From: Kaistia sp.
Lineage (GTDB): Bacteria > Pseudomonadota > Alphaproteobacteria > Rhizobiales > Kaistiaceae
DNA: 24,000 nt
Assembly: GCA_965279105.1 (NCBI GenBank)
Contig: OZ257135.1
Location: forward strand, 4,368,147-4,392,146
Reading direction: 5' to 3'
Shown: positions 8,984 to 16,932 of the stretch, in pieces
Numbering within the stretch: the stretch's first letter is position 1
Layout of the letters: the number at the start of each line of letters is the position of its first letter
The notes under the pieces: generated by a model
Seen by the model: the letters and a program-made list of their open reading frames with translations, nothing else
Told to the model about the DNA's origin: nothing
Database searches by the model: none
Position numbers and translations under genes: made by a program

Positions 8984-9886
8984 ATGACCATCGTCGCAGC
9001 CTCGGCTCCCGTTTCGGCGCCTGAATCCTCGCAATCCGCCCTGTCATGGGGCGCAATCCTCGCCGGCGCCGCCGTCGCGTCGGCCGCCTCGCTCTGCCTC
9101 TTCGTGCTCGGCTCCGGCCTCGGCTTCGCCTCCGTCTCCCCATGGGCGAATGCCGGCGTCGCCGCCGGCACCTTCGCCGTCTCGGCGGCGATCTGGCTGG
9201 TCATCGTCCAGTGGGTCGCCTCGGCGCTCGGTGGCTACATCACCGGCCGCCTGCGCACCCGCTGGGTCGGCGTCCACACCGACGAAGTCTTCTTCCGCGA
9301 CACCGCGCATGGCTTCCTTTCGTGGTGCGTGGCGACGCTGATCGCTGCCGTCCTGCTCGGCTCGGCCGTGGTCGGCACCGTCTCCAGCGGCGTCCAGGCG
9401 ACGACGTCGGTTCTGTCAGGTGCGGCGCAGGGCGCATCGGCCGGAGCGGCTTCGGCGGTCGGCAATGTCACCGATCCGACCGGCTATCTCGTCGATACGC
9501 TGTTCCGACCGGTCTCCGACCAGCTCCCGCCGGCGGCAACGCCGACAGAGGGCCAGGCCGATGTCCGCGGTGAAACCATGCGCATCGTCGGCACCAGCAT
9601 CGCCAATGGCGCCATGACCGACCCGGACAAGGCCTATCTGGCGCAGCTCATCGCCGCCCGGACCGGCATCCCCGCGGCCGACGCCGAAAAGCGCGTCAAC
9701 GACATGATCGCAGAGGTCGAGGCGACCAAGGTCAAGGCCCAGGAAGCCGCCGACGCCGCCCGCAAGGCTGCGACGACGACCATGATCCTCGGCTTCCTCG
9801 CTCTGGTGATCGGTGCCTTCATCGCGTCGGTCTCCGCAGCTCTGGCCGGCAAGCTGCGTGACGAGGACGTTCCCTCGACCACCTGA
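8984..9886 (+). CDS. Hypothetical integral membrane protein (about 300 aa; 3 N-terminal TM helices, a soluble Ala/Gly-rich and coiled segment, and a C-terminal TM)
   Basis: I chose the ATG at 8984 (MTIVAASAP...) over the track start at 8918, which would overlap the sORF. The hydrophobic segments are WGAILAGAAVASAASLCLFVLGSGLGF, FAVSAAIWLVIVQWVASALGGYITG, FLSWCVATLIAAVLLGSAVVGTV and TTMILGFLALVIGAFIASVSAALAG. Codon usage is consistent with its neighbours. I do not recognise a family. Confidence 0.7.
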   Translation: MTIVAASAPVSAPESSQSALSWGAILAGAAVASAASLCLFVLGSGLGFASVSPWANAGVAAGTFAVSAAIWLVIVQWVASALGGYITGRLRTRWVGVHTDEVFFRDTAHGFLSWCVATLIAAVLLGSAVVGTVSSGVQATTSVLSGAAQGASAGAASAVGNVTDPTGYLVDTLFRPVSDQLPPAATPTEGQADVRGETMRIVGTSIANGAMTDPDKAYLAQLIAARTGIPAADAEKRVNDMIAEVEATKVKAQEAADAARKAATTTMILGFLALVIGAFIASVSAALAGKLRDEDVPSTT

Positions 9887-9927
9887 TCTCGGCTGTCGAG
9901 GGAGGGACTTCGGTCTCGATAGGAACA

Positions 9928-9953
9928 GGGGCGGCTTCGGCCGCCCCTTTTTT
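9928..9953 (+). terminator. Rho-independent terminator
   Basis: GGGGCGGC-TTCG-GCCGCCCC (9928-9947) followed by TTTTTT (9948-9953), 42 nt after the stop at 9886. Confidence 0.9.
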
Positions 9954-9982
9954 GTGTCCCCGCCCCGCTCGCAACGAGGCTG

Positions 9983-10032
9983 TTGACTCCCGCGCCGACC
10001 GGTGCATTAATTCGTCAACTGGACGAACTAAT
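9983..10032 (+). promoter_or_regulatory. Sigma-70-like promoter overlapped by a 27-bp near-perfect palindrome (candidate ROK operator)
   Basis: TTGACT (9983-9988), 17 nt, then ATTAAT (10006-10011). The palindrome ATTAATTCGTC-AACTG-GACGAACTAAT spans 10006-10032 (10/11 arm symmetry) in a local AT-rich island just upstream of the ROK gene start. Confidence 0.55.
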
Positions 10033-10041
10033 GAGCCGCCC

Positions 10042-11256
10042 GTGACCGCCGACCGATCCCTCCTCGTCAGACAATTCTCGCGCCGCGCCGTCGCCGAGGC
10101 GCTGCTGCATCAGGGGCCGATCTCGCGCGCCGCTCTGGCGACCGCGACCGGGCTCTCCAAGCAGACGATGTCCGAGGTGATGGCGGCGCTGGAGGCGGAA
10201 GGCTGGGCGCGCCCGGCCGGCCGCACCAGCGGCAAGGTCGGCCGCACGGCGATGCGCTATGAGGTGGCGCGCGACGCCGCCTATTCGCTCGGCGTCGATC
10301 TCGGCGGCACCAAGGTCATCGCCGCGTTGGCCGATCTTTCCGGCGAGCTCGTCGCCGAGGCGACCGAGCCGACCGACCGCCGCGGCGGCCGCGCGGTGCT
10401 TAGCCAGATCCACGCGCTCGGCCAAAAGCTGGCCGGCGAAGCGGGCATCGATCCGACGCGCATCCGCAGCGTCGTCATCGGCTCGCCCGGCGTGATCGAT
10501 CCCGCCACCGGCGCCATCGGCCTCGTCCCCAATATCAAGGGCCTCTCCGAACTCGACGTGCCAGGCCAGCTCGGCGCATTGTTCGGCATCCCCGTCTTCA
10601 TCGAGAACGACGTCAATCTCGCCATGCTCGGCGAGGCCTGGCAGGGCGCGGCGCAGGGCCGTGACAACGCCGCCTTCCTGGCGCTCGGCACCGGCGCCGG
10701 CCTCGGCCTCATCGTCAACGGCAAGCTGGCGCGCGGCGCGACCGGCGCCGCCGGCGAGGTCGCCTATCTGCCCGTCGGCCGCGAGACCGATACGCCTGAT
10801 GCCCGCGAGGTCGGCACCTTCGAGCTCGAGATCGGCGCCGCCGGCATCGTCCGCCGCTATCATGCCGCCGGCGGTGCGCGCGAGGTCGAGACCGTGCGCG
10901 AAATCTTCAGCCGGTTCGAGGCCGGCGATCAAACCGCCGCCGCCGTGCTCGACGACACCGCGACCACCCTCGCCCTCGCCATCACCGCGCTCTACGCCAT
11001 CGTCGATCCGGAGATCGTCGTGCTCGGCGGCTCGATCGGCATCCGCGAGGAACTGATCGAGCGCGTCCGCCGCATCATGCCGCGCGTGTTCGAACGGCCG
11101 GTCAATCTCGTCGCCAGCCATCTCGGCAGCCGTGCCGGCCTCGTCGGCGCCGTCTCCTCGGCGGTGAGCCGGCTGCACAACGAGATCTTCGGCATTCCGA
11201 ACCTCCCCGGCGAGCTCGCTCTGCCCGCCAGCCCGCTCGCAAAGGCCGCCGAATGA
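10042..11256 (+). CDS. ROK-family transcriptional regulator (N-terminal winged HTH plus ROK sugar-kinase-like domain)
   Basis: wHTH (ISRAALATATGLSKQTMSEVMAALEAEGW) and ROK/ASKHA motifs (LGVDLGGTKVIAAL, ENDVNLAMLGE, LALGTGAGLGLIVNGKL..GAAGEV). I propose the GTG at 10042 as the start. The track start at 9952 is a TTG inside the upstream terminator T-tract, so the start remains uncertain. Confidence 0.85.
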   Translation: MTADRSLLVRQFSRRAVAEALLHQGPISRAALATATGLSKQTMSEVMAALEAEGWARPAGRTSGKVGRTAMRYEVARDAAYSLGVDLGGTKVIAALADLSGELVAEATEPTDRRGGRAVLSQIHALGQKLAGEAGIDPTRIRSVVIGSPGVIDPATGAIGLVPNIKGLSELDVPGQLGALFGIPVFIENDVNLAMLGEAWQGAAQGRDNAAFLALGTGAGLGLIVNGKLARGATGAAGEVAYLPVGRETDTPDAREVGTFELEIGAAGIVRRYHAAGGAREVETVREIFSRFEAGDQTAAAVLDDTATTLALAITALYAIVDPEIVVLGGSIGIREELIERVRRIMPRVFERPVNLVASHLGSRAGLVGAVSSAVSRLHNEIFGIPNLPGELALPASPLAKAAE

Positions 11257-12512
11257 CCGCGCCCGATCTCGTCTCCCGCCTGCGCGCCGCGCTCGACCGC
11301 GACGCCGCCATCGCGCTGCTGGCCCGCGCCGTCGGCACCCCCTCCGTCACCGGAGCCGAGAAGGCCTTCGCCGAACTGCTCGGCCGCGAGCTTGACGCGA
11401 TCGGCGCCCTTGACGTGCGCCTTTCGGACTTCGCGCCCGGCCGGCCGAATGTCAGTGGCCTGCTGCCCGGCTCCGGCGGCGGCCCGCTGCTGCTCCTCGC
11501 CGGCCATACCGACACCGTGCATGTGCGCGGCTGGGCCGAGCGCTGGGCGGGCACAAGCCGCGCCGATCCGTTCGGCGCGGTGGTCGAGGGCGGCGCCATG
11601 TGGGGCCGCGGCACCGGCGACCTCAAGGCCGGCATCTGCACCGCCATCGCCAGCGCCGCACTGCTCAAGGCGGCCGGCATCGAGCAGCCGGCGGACATCC
11701 TCTTCGCCTTCATCGGCGACGAGGAAAGCGGCGAGCCCGGCAGCGGCGTCTCGGCCGGCATCAAGGCGCTCACCGCCGATGTCGAGGCCGGGCGGCTGCC
11801 GCGGCCGGATTTCGCCATCTATGTCGAGCCGACCGAGCTCAACGTCTATGCGGCGCAGATGGGCTTCGTCATCGCCGACATCACGGTGACGGGCCGCTCG
11901 TCCTATTTCGGCGTGCCCGAGGCCGGCATCGATGCGCTCAAGGCCGCGCATGCCATCCTCGCCGCGCTGTTTGCACACTCCGCGGCACTGGAGGCACGCG
12001 CGCCGCATCCGCTCGTCGGCAGTCCGTTCCTGCTGGTGACGACGCTGACAGGCGGCGGCTATATCGCCGTCCCCGGCGAATGCCGCATCAGCCTGATCAT
12101 GAAGCTGCTGCCGGGTGACGATCTCGGCACCGCCGTCGCGGCCATGGAGGCGGCCGTCCGCGCGGCGCCGGTCGACCCGCGCATCGCCGTCGCCTTCGAC
12201 TATCCCGCCGGCCGCGACCACGCCTTCGGCGGCACGCCGACCGAGACGGCGCCCGACCTTCAGCCGGTTCGTGAGCTCGTCGAAGCCGTCAAATCCGTCC
12301 GGCCAGACCGCGGCGCGATCCTCGGCGCGCCCTATTGGTCCGAGGCGCCGTTCCTCGCGACGCGGCTCGGCATCCCCACCGTTTACTGCGCACCGGGGGA
12401 TATCAGGAACTGCCACACCACCGAAGAACATGTCGAGATCGAGGAATACCTCGACGGGATCATCGCCTTTGCAGCCTTCCTCGCCGGCCTCGGCGCGGAT
12501 CGGAAGGGCTGA
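11253..12512 (+). CDS. M20-family metallo-amidohydrolase (ArgE/DapE/ACY1-like deacylase or peptidase), 419 aa
   Basis: ATGA overlap with the ROK gene stop. The metal and catalytic motifs are LLLAGHTDTVH, GRGTGDLKAG and FIGDEESGEPGSG. The length and dimerisation-domain spacing are typical of M20. Confidence 0.85.
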   Translation: MTAPDLVSRLRAALDRDAAIALLARAVGTPSVTGAEKAFAELLGRELDAIGALDVRLSDFAPGRPNVSGLLPGSGGGPLLLLAGHTDTVHVRGWAERWAGTSRADPFGAVVEGGAMWGRGTGDLKAGICTAIASAALLKAAGIEQPADILFAFIGDEESGEPGSGVSAGIKALTADVEAGRLPRPDFAIYVEPTELNVYAAQMGFVIADITVTGRSSYFGVPEAGIDALKAAHAILAALFAHSAALEARAPHPLVGSPFLLVTTLTGGGYIAVPGECRISLIMKLLPGDDLGTAVAAMEAAVRAAPVDPRIAVAFDYPAGRDHAFGGTPTETAPDLQPVRELVEAVKSVRPDRGAILGAPYWSEAPFLATRLGIPTVYCAPGDIRNCHTTEEHVEIEEYLDGIIAFAAFLAGLGADRKG

Positions 12513-12552
12513 CACCGAACCGGCCGGAACGGCCACAGATGAGGGACCTGCC

Positions 12553-13617
12553 ATGCTGTTGAAGAAGACCCTGACCGCGCTCGCCGCCGCCACGCTGATG
12601 GCCTCGGCAAGCCATGCGATTGCCGGCGAGACCGTCGGACCCAAGGGCGAGAAGGCGACGCCGTCCTCGGCGCTCAGCCTCTCGGACGCCGAGATCGCCA
12701 AGCTGAAGGAGGGCAAATACACCGCCGCCCTGCTCTGGCACACCTCGTCGGATTTCGTCACCGCCGTCAGCGCGGGCGCGACCGACACGTTCAAGAAATA
12801 CGGCATCGACGTCGTCGCGACGACGGATGCCGGCTTCGACAGCGCCAAGCAGCTCTCGGATGTCGAGACCGTGCTCGCCAAGAAGCCGAGCGTCATCCTC
12901 GCGCTGCCGCTCGATCCGGTCGGCTCGGCCGCGGCCTTCAAGCCTGCGGTGGAGAGCGGCGTCAAGCTCGTCTTCCTCTCCAATGTCCCGGCCGGCTACA
13001 CGCAGGGCAAGGACTATGTCGCCATCGTCACCGACGATCTCTTCCAGATGGGCAAGCAGGCCGGCGATGCGCTCGCCACAGCGCTCGGCGACAAGGGCAA
13101 GGTCGCCTACATCTTCCATGACGCGCAGTATTACGTGACCAACCAGCGCGACCAGGCCTTCAAGGCGACGATCGAGAACGATCACAAGGGCATCACCATC
13201 GTCGACAGCCAGGGCATCGCCGACCCGGCCCGCGCCGAGGAGATCGCCAATGCGCTGCTGACCAAGACGCCCGATCTCGACGGCGTCTATGTGACCTGGG
13301 CGGAGCCCGCCGAAGGCGTGCTGGCGGCGCTGCGCCAGGCCGGCAACACCCACACCAAGATCGTGACGCTCGATCTCTCCGAGCCGGTCGGCCTCGACAT
13401 GGTCAAGGGCGGCAACGTCACCGCGCTCGTCGCCGACAAGGCCTATGAGCTCGGCGCCTCGATGGCGACCGCCGCCGCCTATGGCCTGCTCGGCAAGGAG
13501 GCACCGGCCTTCATCGTCGCGCCGGCGATTACCGTGAAGAAGGACAATGTCGCGGACGGCTGGCAGGCCTCGCTGAACCGCGCCCCGCCGCAGTCGATCC
13601 TCGACGCCATCAAGTAG
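12553..13617 (+). CDS. Sugar-type (periplasmic binding protein type I) ABC transporter substrate-binding protein, paralogue 1, 354 aa
   Basis: The ATG at 12553 follows GAGGGA (12541-12546). Signal peptide MLLKKTLTALAAATLMASASHAIA. The mature part is a PBP-I fold (DVVATTDAGFDSAKQLSDVETVLAKKPSVILALPLDP, YVTNQRDQAFK, GNTHTKIVTLDLSEP). The track ORF from 12115 is read-through over the 3' end of the M20 gene. Confidence 0.88.
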   Translation: MLLKKTLTALAAATLMASASHAIAGETVGPKGEKATPSSALSLSDAEIAKLKEGKYTAALLWHTSSDFVTAVSAGATDTFKKYGIDVVATTDAGFDSAKQLSDVETVLAKKPSVILALPLDPVGSAAAFKPAVESGVKLVFLSNVPAGYTQGKDYVAIVTDDLFQMGKQAGDALATALGDKGKVAYIFHDAQYYVTNQRDQAFKATIENDHKGITIVDSQGIADPARAEEIANALLTKTPDLDGVYVTWAEPAEGVLAALRQAGNTHTKIVTLDLSEPVGLDMVKGGNVTALVADKAYELGASMATAAAYGLLGKEAPAFIVAPAITVKKDNVADGWQASLNRAPPQSILDAIK

Positions 13618-13632
13618 TCCGCACGACGGCGA

Positions 13633-13652
13633 GGGCCGGCGCGAACCGGCCC
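13633..13652 (+). other. GC-rich intercistronic stem-loop between the two binding-protein genes
   Basis: GGGCCGG-CGCGAA-CCGGCCC has a 7-bp perfect stem and no U-tract. It is typical of mRNA-stabilising or attenuating hairpins after highly expressed SBP genes. Confidence 0.4.
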
Positions 13653-13679
13653 CGCTCCCTCCGGAAACAGGAACCGATC

Positions 13680-14756
13680 ATGACGCTGAAACGCTTGCTT
13701 TCGGCCGGCACGGTGCTGGCCGGCCTCGCGCTGGGCCTGCCGGCCCATGCCGATAACGTGACCGCCGATGACGTGACCAAGGGACCGCATGGCGAAACCG
13801 CGACGCCGGGCGCCGGCATCACGCTGACGCCGGCCGAGATCGACAAGGTCAAGGCGGGCAAGTTCACCGCCGGCCTTGCCTGGCACACCACCTCCGACTG
13901 GTCGAACGCCGTCGACCAGGGCGCCAAGGACGAATTCGCCAGGCTCGGCATCGAGGTCGTCGCCACCACCGACGCCGGCTTCGACGCCGCCAGGCAGAAG
14001 AACGACATCGAGACGATCCTCGCCAAGAAGCCGAGCGTCATCATCTCGCTGCCGGTCGATCCCGAGACGGCGCCCGAGGTCTACAAGCCGGCGCTCGCCG
14101 CCGGAACGAAGCTCGTCTTCATCGACAACACGCCGAAGGGTTTCGAATACGGCAAGGACTACATCACCATCTCGACCGCCGATCTCGTCCAGATGGGCGC
14201 CAAGGCGGGCGTCGCGCTCGGGGAGAGCCTCGGCGGCAAGGGCACGGTCGGCTACATCTTCCACGACGCCGATTTCTACGTGACCAACCAGCGCGACCAG
14301 TCGTTCAAGAAGACGATCGAGACCAAATACCCCGACATGACGATCGTCGCGCAGCAGGGTCTCGCCGATCCGACACGCGCCGAGGAAATCGCGCAGGCCT
14401 TCGTCACCAAGAATCCGAACCTCGACGCGATCTATGTCACCTGGGCCGAGCCGGCGGAATTCGTGCTGGCGGCACTCCGCAACGCCGGCAACACGCATAC
14501 GAAGATCGTGACGCTCGACCTCTCCGAGCCGCTCGCGCTCGACATGGTCAAGGGCGGCAATGTCGTCGCCATCTCGGCCGACGAGGCCTATTCGATCGGC
14601 ACCACCGCTGCGAAGGCGGCCGCGCTCGGCCTCATCGGCGAGACCGTGCCGCCCTTCCTCGCCGCCGACGCCATCGCGATCACCAAGGCGAATGTCAAGG
14701 AAGGCTGGAACGCCTCGCTGCACCGCGACCCGCCGGCCTCGCTCGGGGTCAACTGA
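13680..14756 (+). CDS. Sugar-type ABC transporter substrate-binding protein, paralogue 2, 358 aa
   Basis: The ATG at 13680 follows AGGA (13669-13672). Signal peptide MTLKRLLSAGTVLAGLALGLPAHA. It is colinear with paralogue 1 (EVVATTDAGFDAARQKNDIETILAKKPSVIISLPVDP, YVTNQRDQSFK, GNTHTKIVTLDLSEP). Confidence 0.9.
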   Translation: MTLKRLLSAGTVLAGLALGLPAHADNVTADDVTKGPHGETATPGAGITLTPAEIDKVKAGKFTAGLAWHTTSDWSNAVDQGAKDEFARLGIEVVATTDAGFDAARQKNDIETILAKKPSVIISLPVDPETAPEVYKPALAAGTKLVFIDNTPKGFEYGKDYITISTADLVQMGAKAGVALGESLGGKGTVGYIFHDADFYVTNQRDQSFKKTIETKYPDMTIVAQQGLADPTRAEEIAQAFVTKNPNLDAIYVTWAEPAEFVLAALRNAGNTHTKIVTLDLSEPLALDMVKGGNVVAISADEAYSIGTTAAKAAALGLIGETVPPFLAADAIAITKANVKEGWNASLHRDPPASLGVN

Positions 14757-14757
14757 C

Positions 14758-15708
14758 ATGGCGAAGCCGTCCTTCCTCAAGGGTCTCGATGCGGCCCAGT
14801 ATGTCGTCTATGTCGGGTTCCTGCTGATCTTCGCCGCCTTCGCGATCGTTCTTAAGGACGACGGCTTCCTCACCACCAACAATCTCGTCAACATCGTCCA
14901 GCAGACCGCCCCGATCACCATCATGGCGATCGGCATGGTCTTCGTGCTGACGGCCGGCGAGATCGACCTCTCGATCGGCTCGGTCGTCGCCATCGCGGCA
15001 CTCGTCGCCGCCGTGGTGATGCGCACCATGCCCTGGCCCGTCGGCGTCGCCGCCGGGCTCGGCGCCGGCGCTCTCATCGGCCTCGTCAACGGCGCGCTCG
15101 TCGCCTATGTCCGCCTCCCCTCCTTCCTGGTGACGCTCGCCACCATGGGGCTGCTCGCCGGCGTCGGCCGCTGGCTGACCAATCTGCAATCCGTGCCGAT
15201 CACCAACGACGCCTATACCGCCATCTTCGGCGCCGGCTCGCTGTTCGGGGTGCCCTCGCTCATCGTCTGGACGGTGGTCGCGGTCGCTGTCGGTCACTTC
15301 GTCTATCGCGAGACGCCGTTCGGCGCGCATGTGCTGGCGACGGGCGACAGCCCGCGCGCCGCCCGGGCCGCCGGCATCAATGTCGACCGCCTCCGCCTCG
15401 GCGTGCTGGTCCTCTCCTCGACCATGGCGGCGCTCGCCGGCCTCCTCTATGCCGGCCGCCTGCATGGCGCCCGCTACACGCTCGGCGAGACCGACCTCCT
15501 CACCGTCATCGCGGCGGTCATCGTCGGCGGCACGCGCCTCAATGGCGGCGCCGGCACCATCGTCGGCGCGCTCATCGGCTCGCTGATGATGGGCATGCTC
15601 AACAACGGCCTCATCCTGATGGGGCTTTCCGTGGCCGAGCAGATGATGGTGCGCGGCCTGATCATCCTCGCCGCCGTCGCGCTGACGCTGCGCGAGAGCG
15701 CCCGCTGA
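14758..15708 (+). CDS. ABC transporter permease, ribose/CUT2-like (316 aa)
   Basis: The ATG comes 1 nt after the upstream stop. It has about 9-10 hydrophobic helices and RbsC/AraH-family motifs (TAGEIDLSIGSVVA, LPSFLVTLATMG, GGTRLNGGAGTIVGALIG). Confidence 0.9.
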   Translation: MAKPSFLKGLDAAQYVVYVGFLLIFAAFAIVLKDDGFLTTNNLVNIVQQTAPITIMAIGMVFVLTAGEIDLSIGSVVAIAALVAAVVMRTMPWPVGVAAGLGAGALIGLVNGALVAYVRLPSFLVTLATMGLLAGVGRWLTNLQSVPITNDAYTAIFGAGSLFGVPSLIVWTVVAVAVGHFVYRETPFGAHVLATGDSPRAARAAGINVDRLRLGVLVLSSTMAALAGLLYAGRLHGARYTLGETDLLTVIAAVIVGGTRLNGGAGTIVGALIGSLMMGMLNNGLILMGLSVAEQMMVRGLIILAAVALTLRESAR

Positions 15709-15730
15709 ACGGCTCCCGGGAGACGACGCC

Positions 15731-16921
15731 ATGTTCCTCGACTTGATCCGACGCCGCAATCCGCGCCTCATCGAAGCGGCGATCCTGCTGCACCAGCAAG
15801 GCCGCCTGCCGGCCAACACCACCGTGATCGATCTCGACGCGGTCACTGCCAATGCCGGCTTCCTCGCTGCGGCCGGCGACAAAGCCGGGCTCGACGTCTT
15901 CGGCATGACCAAGCAGATGGGCCGCAACGGCGATTTCCTCAAAGCCATCCAGGCGGGCGGCATTGGCCGCGTCGTCGCGGTCGACATGGAATGCGCCCGT
16001 GCCGGTACCCGCGCCGGCCTCGGCCTCGGCCATATCGGCCATCTCGTGCAGGTTCCCCGCGCCGAGGCGAACGCCGCCGCCGCGATGGCGCCCGACTTCT
16101 GGACCGTGTTCAGCTTGGAAAAGTCGCGCGAGGCGGGCGCCGCGATGGCGAAGCACGGCCGCGTCGCTGCCCTCCTCATCCGCATCCATGCCGAGGGCGA
16201 CCGCTTCTACAACGGCCATGAGGGCGGCTTCCCGGCGGAGGAGATCCTCGCCATCGCCGACGCGGTCGACGCAATTCCCGGCGCGCGCTTCGCCGGCATC
16301 ACCACCTTTCCGGCGCTCTTGTTCGACAACGACACCGGCAAGGTGCTGCCGACGCACAATCTCGGCACCCTCGCGCGAGCCCGCGACGCCCTGGCCCGCG
16401 CCGGCCGTACCGACATCGCCGTCAATGCGCCCGGCACCACCTCGTCCGTGATGATGCCGGCGCTGGCCGAGGCCGGCGCGACACAGGCGGAGCCCGGCCA
16501 CGGCCTCACCGGCACGACGCCGCTGCACGCGATCCGCGACCTGCCGGAGCTGCCGGCGGCGGTCTATCTCTCCGAGGTCTCGCATCTCCATGCCGGCCGC
16601 GCCTATTGCTTCGGCGGCGGGCTCTATATCGATCCGGTCTTCCCGGATTATCCGCTGCGCGCGGTGGTGGCGCGCGAGCCGACCATCGACGCGCTCGCTG
16701 ACGTCGAGATCCCGCCGCCGGCGGCGATCGACTATTACGGCATGATCGACGCCTCCGGCCCGGTGAAGCCCGCCATCGGCGACAGCGTCGTGTTCGGCTT
16801 CCGCCAGCAGACCTTCGTCACCAGGGCCTATACCGCCGGCATTCGGGGCCTTGCCAGCGGACGGCCCGAGGTCGCGACCATCCATGATGCCTTCGGCCGC
16901 CCGGCCGACTGGCCGAGCTAG
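15731..16921 (+). CDS. YhfX-like PLP-dependent enzyme (alanine racemase N-terminal/TIM-barrel fold, fold-type III), 396 aa
   Basis: GGGAGA RBS at 15716-15721. It is colinear with my recollection of E. coli YhfX. Compare MFLDLIRRRNPRLIEAAILLHQQG with MFVEALKRQNPALISAALSLWQQG, MTKQMGRN with MTKQFGRN (candidate PLP lysine), GHLVQVP with GHLVQIP, QAEPGHGLTGTTP with HAEPGHALTGTIP, and FRQQTFVTR with FRTQIFVTR. Confidence 0.8.
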   Translation: MFLDLIRRRNPRLIEAAILLHQQGRLPANTTVIDLDAVTANAGFLAAAGDKAGLDVFGMTKQMGRNGDFLKAIQAGGIGRVVAVDMECARAGTRAGLGLGHIGHLVQVPRAEANAAAAMAPDFWTVFSLEKSREAGAAMAKHGRVAALLIRIHAEGDRFYNGHEGGFPAEEILAIADAVDAIPGARFAGITTFPALLFDNDTGKVLPTHNLGTLARARDALARAGRTDIAVNAPGTTSSVMMPALAEAGATQAEPGHGLTGTTPLHAIRDLPELPAAVYLSEVSHLHAGRAYCFGGGLYIDPVFPDYPLRAVVAREPTIDALADVEIPPPAAIDYYGMIDASGPVKPAIGDSVVFGFRQQTFVTRAYTAGIRGLASGRPEVATIHDAFGRPADWPS

Positions 16922-16932
16922 GAGAGACACGC

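Noticed and set aside
7341-9143. 600-aa minus-strand ORF antisense to dctA, and similar long ORFs at 132..1346(-), 1359..2621(-), 2111..3565(-), 4058..5971(+), 6004..7326(+), 10015..11178(-), 10992..12983(-), 13479..14780(-), 14749..16185(-), 15662..16939(-), 18741..19877(-), 19489..20745(-) and 21681..23663(-)
   Set aside because: Their translations are Arg/Ala/Gly/Pro/Asp-rich low-complexity strings with no recognisable domains. Each lies exactly opposite, or out of frame with, a gene that has strong family motifs, an RBS and operon context. Stop-codon-poor shadow frames are expected at this GC content.
9952-10041. TTG start at 9952 for the ROK regulator
   Set aside because: The TTG lies within the T-tract of the upstream terminator and would place the promoter/operator island inside the coding region. 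GTG 10042 begins just before the wHTH domain. The start remains uncertain.
12115-12552. N-terminal 146-aa extension of the first binding protein in the ORF track (start 12115)
   Set aside because: The extension is Pro/Ser/Arg-rich and overlaps the 3' end of the M20 gene in another frame. The ATG at 12553 has an RBS and is followed immediately by a canonical signal peptide.
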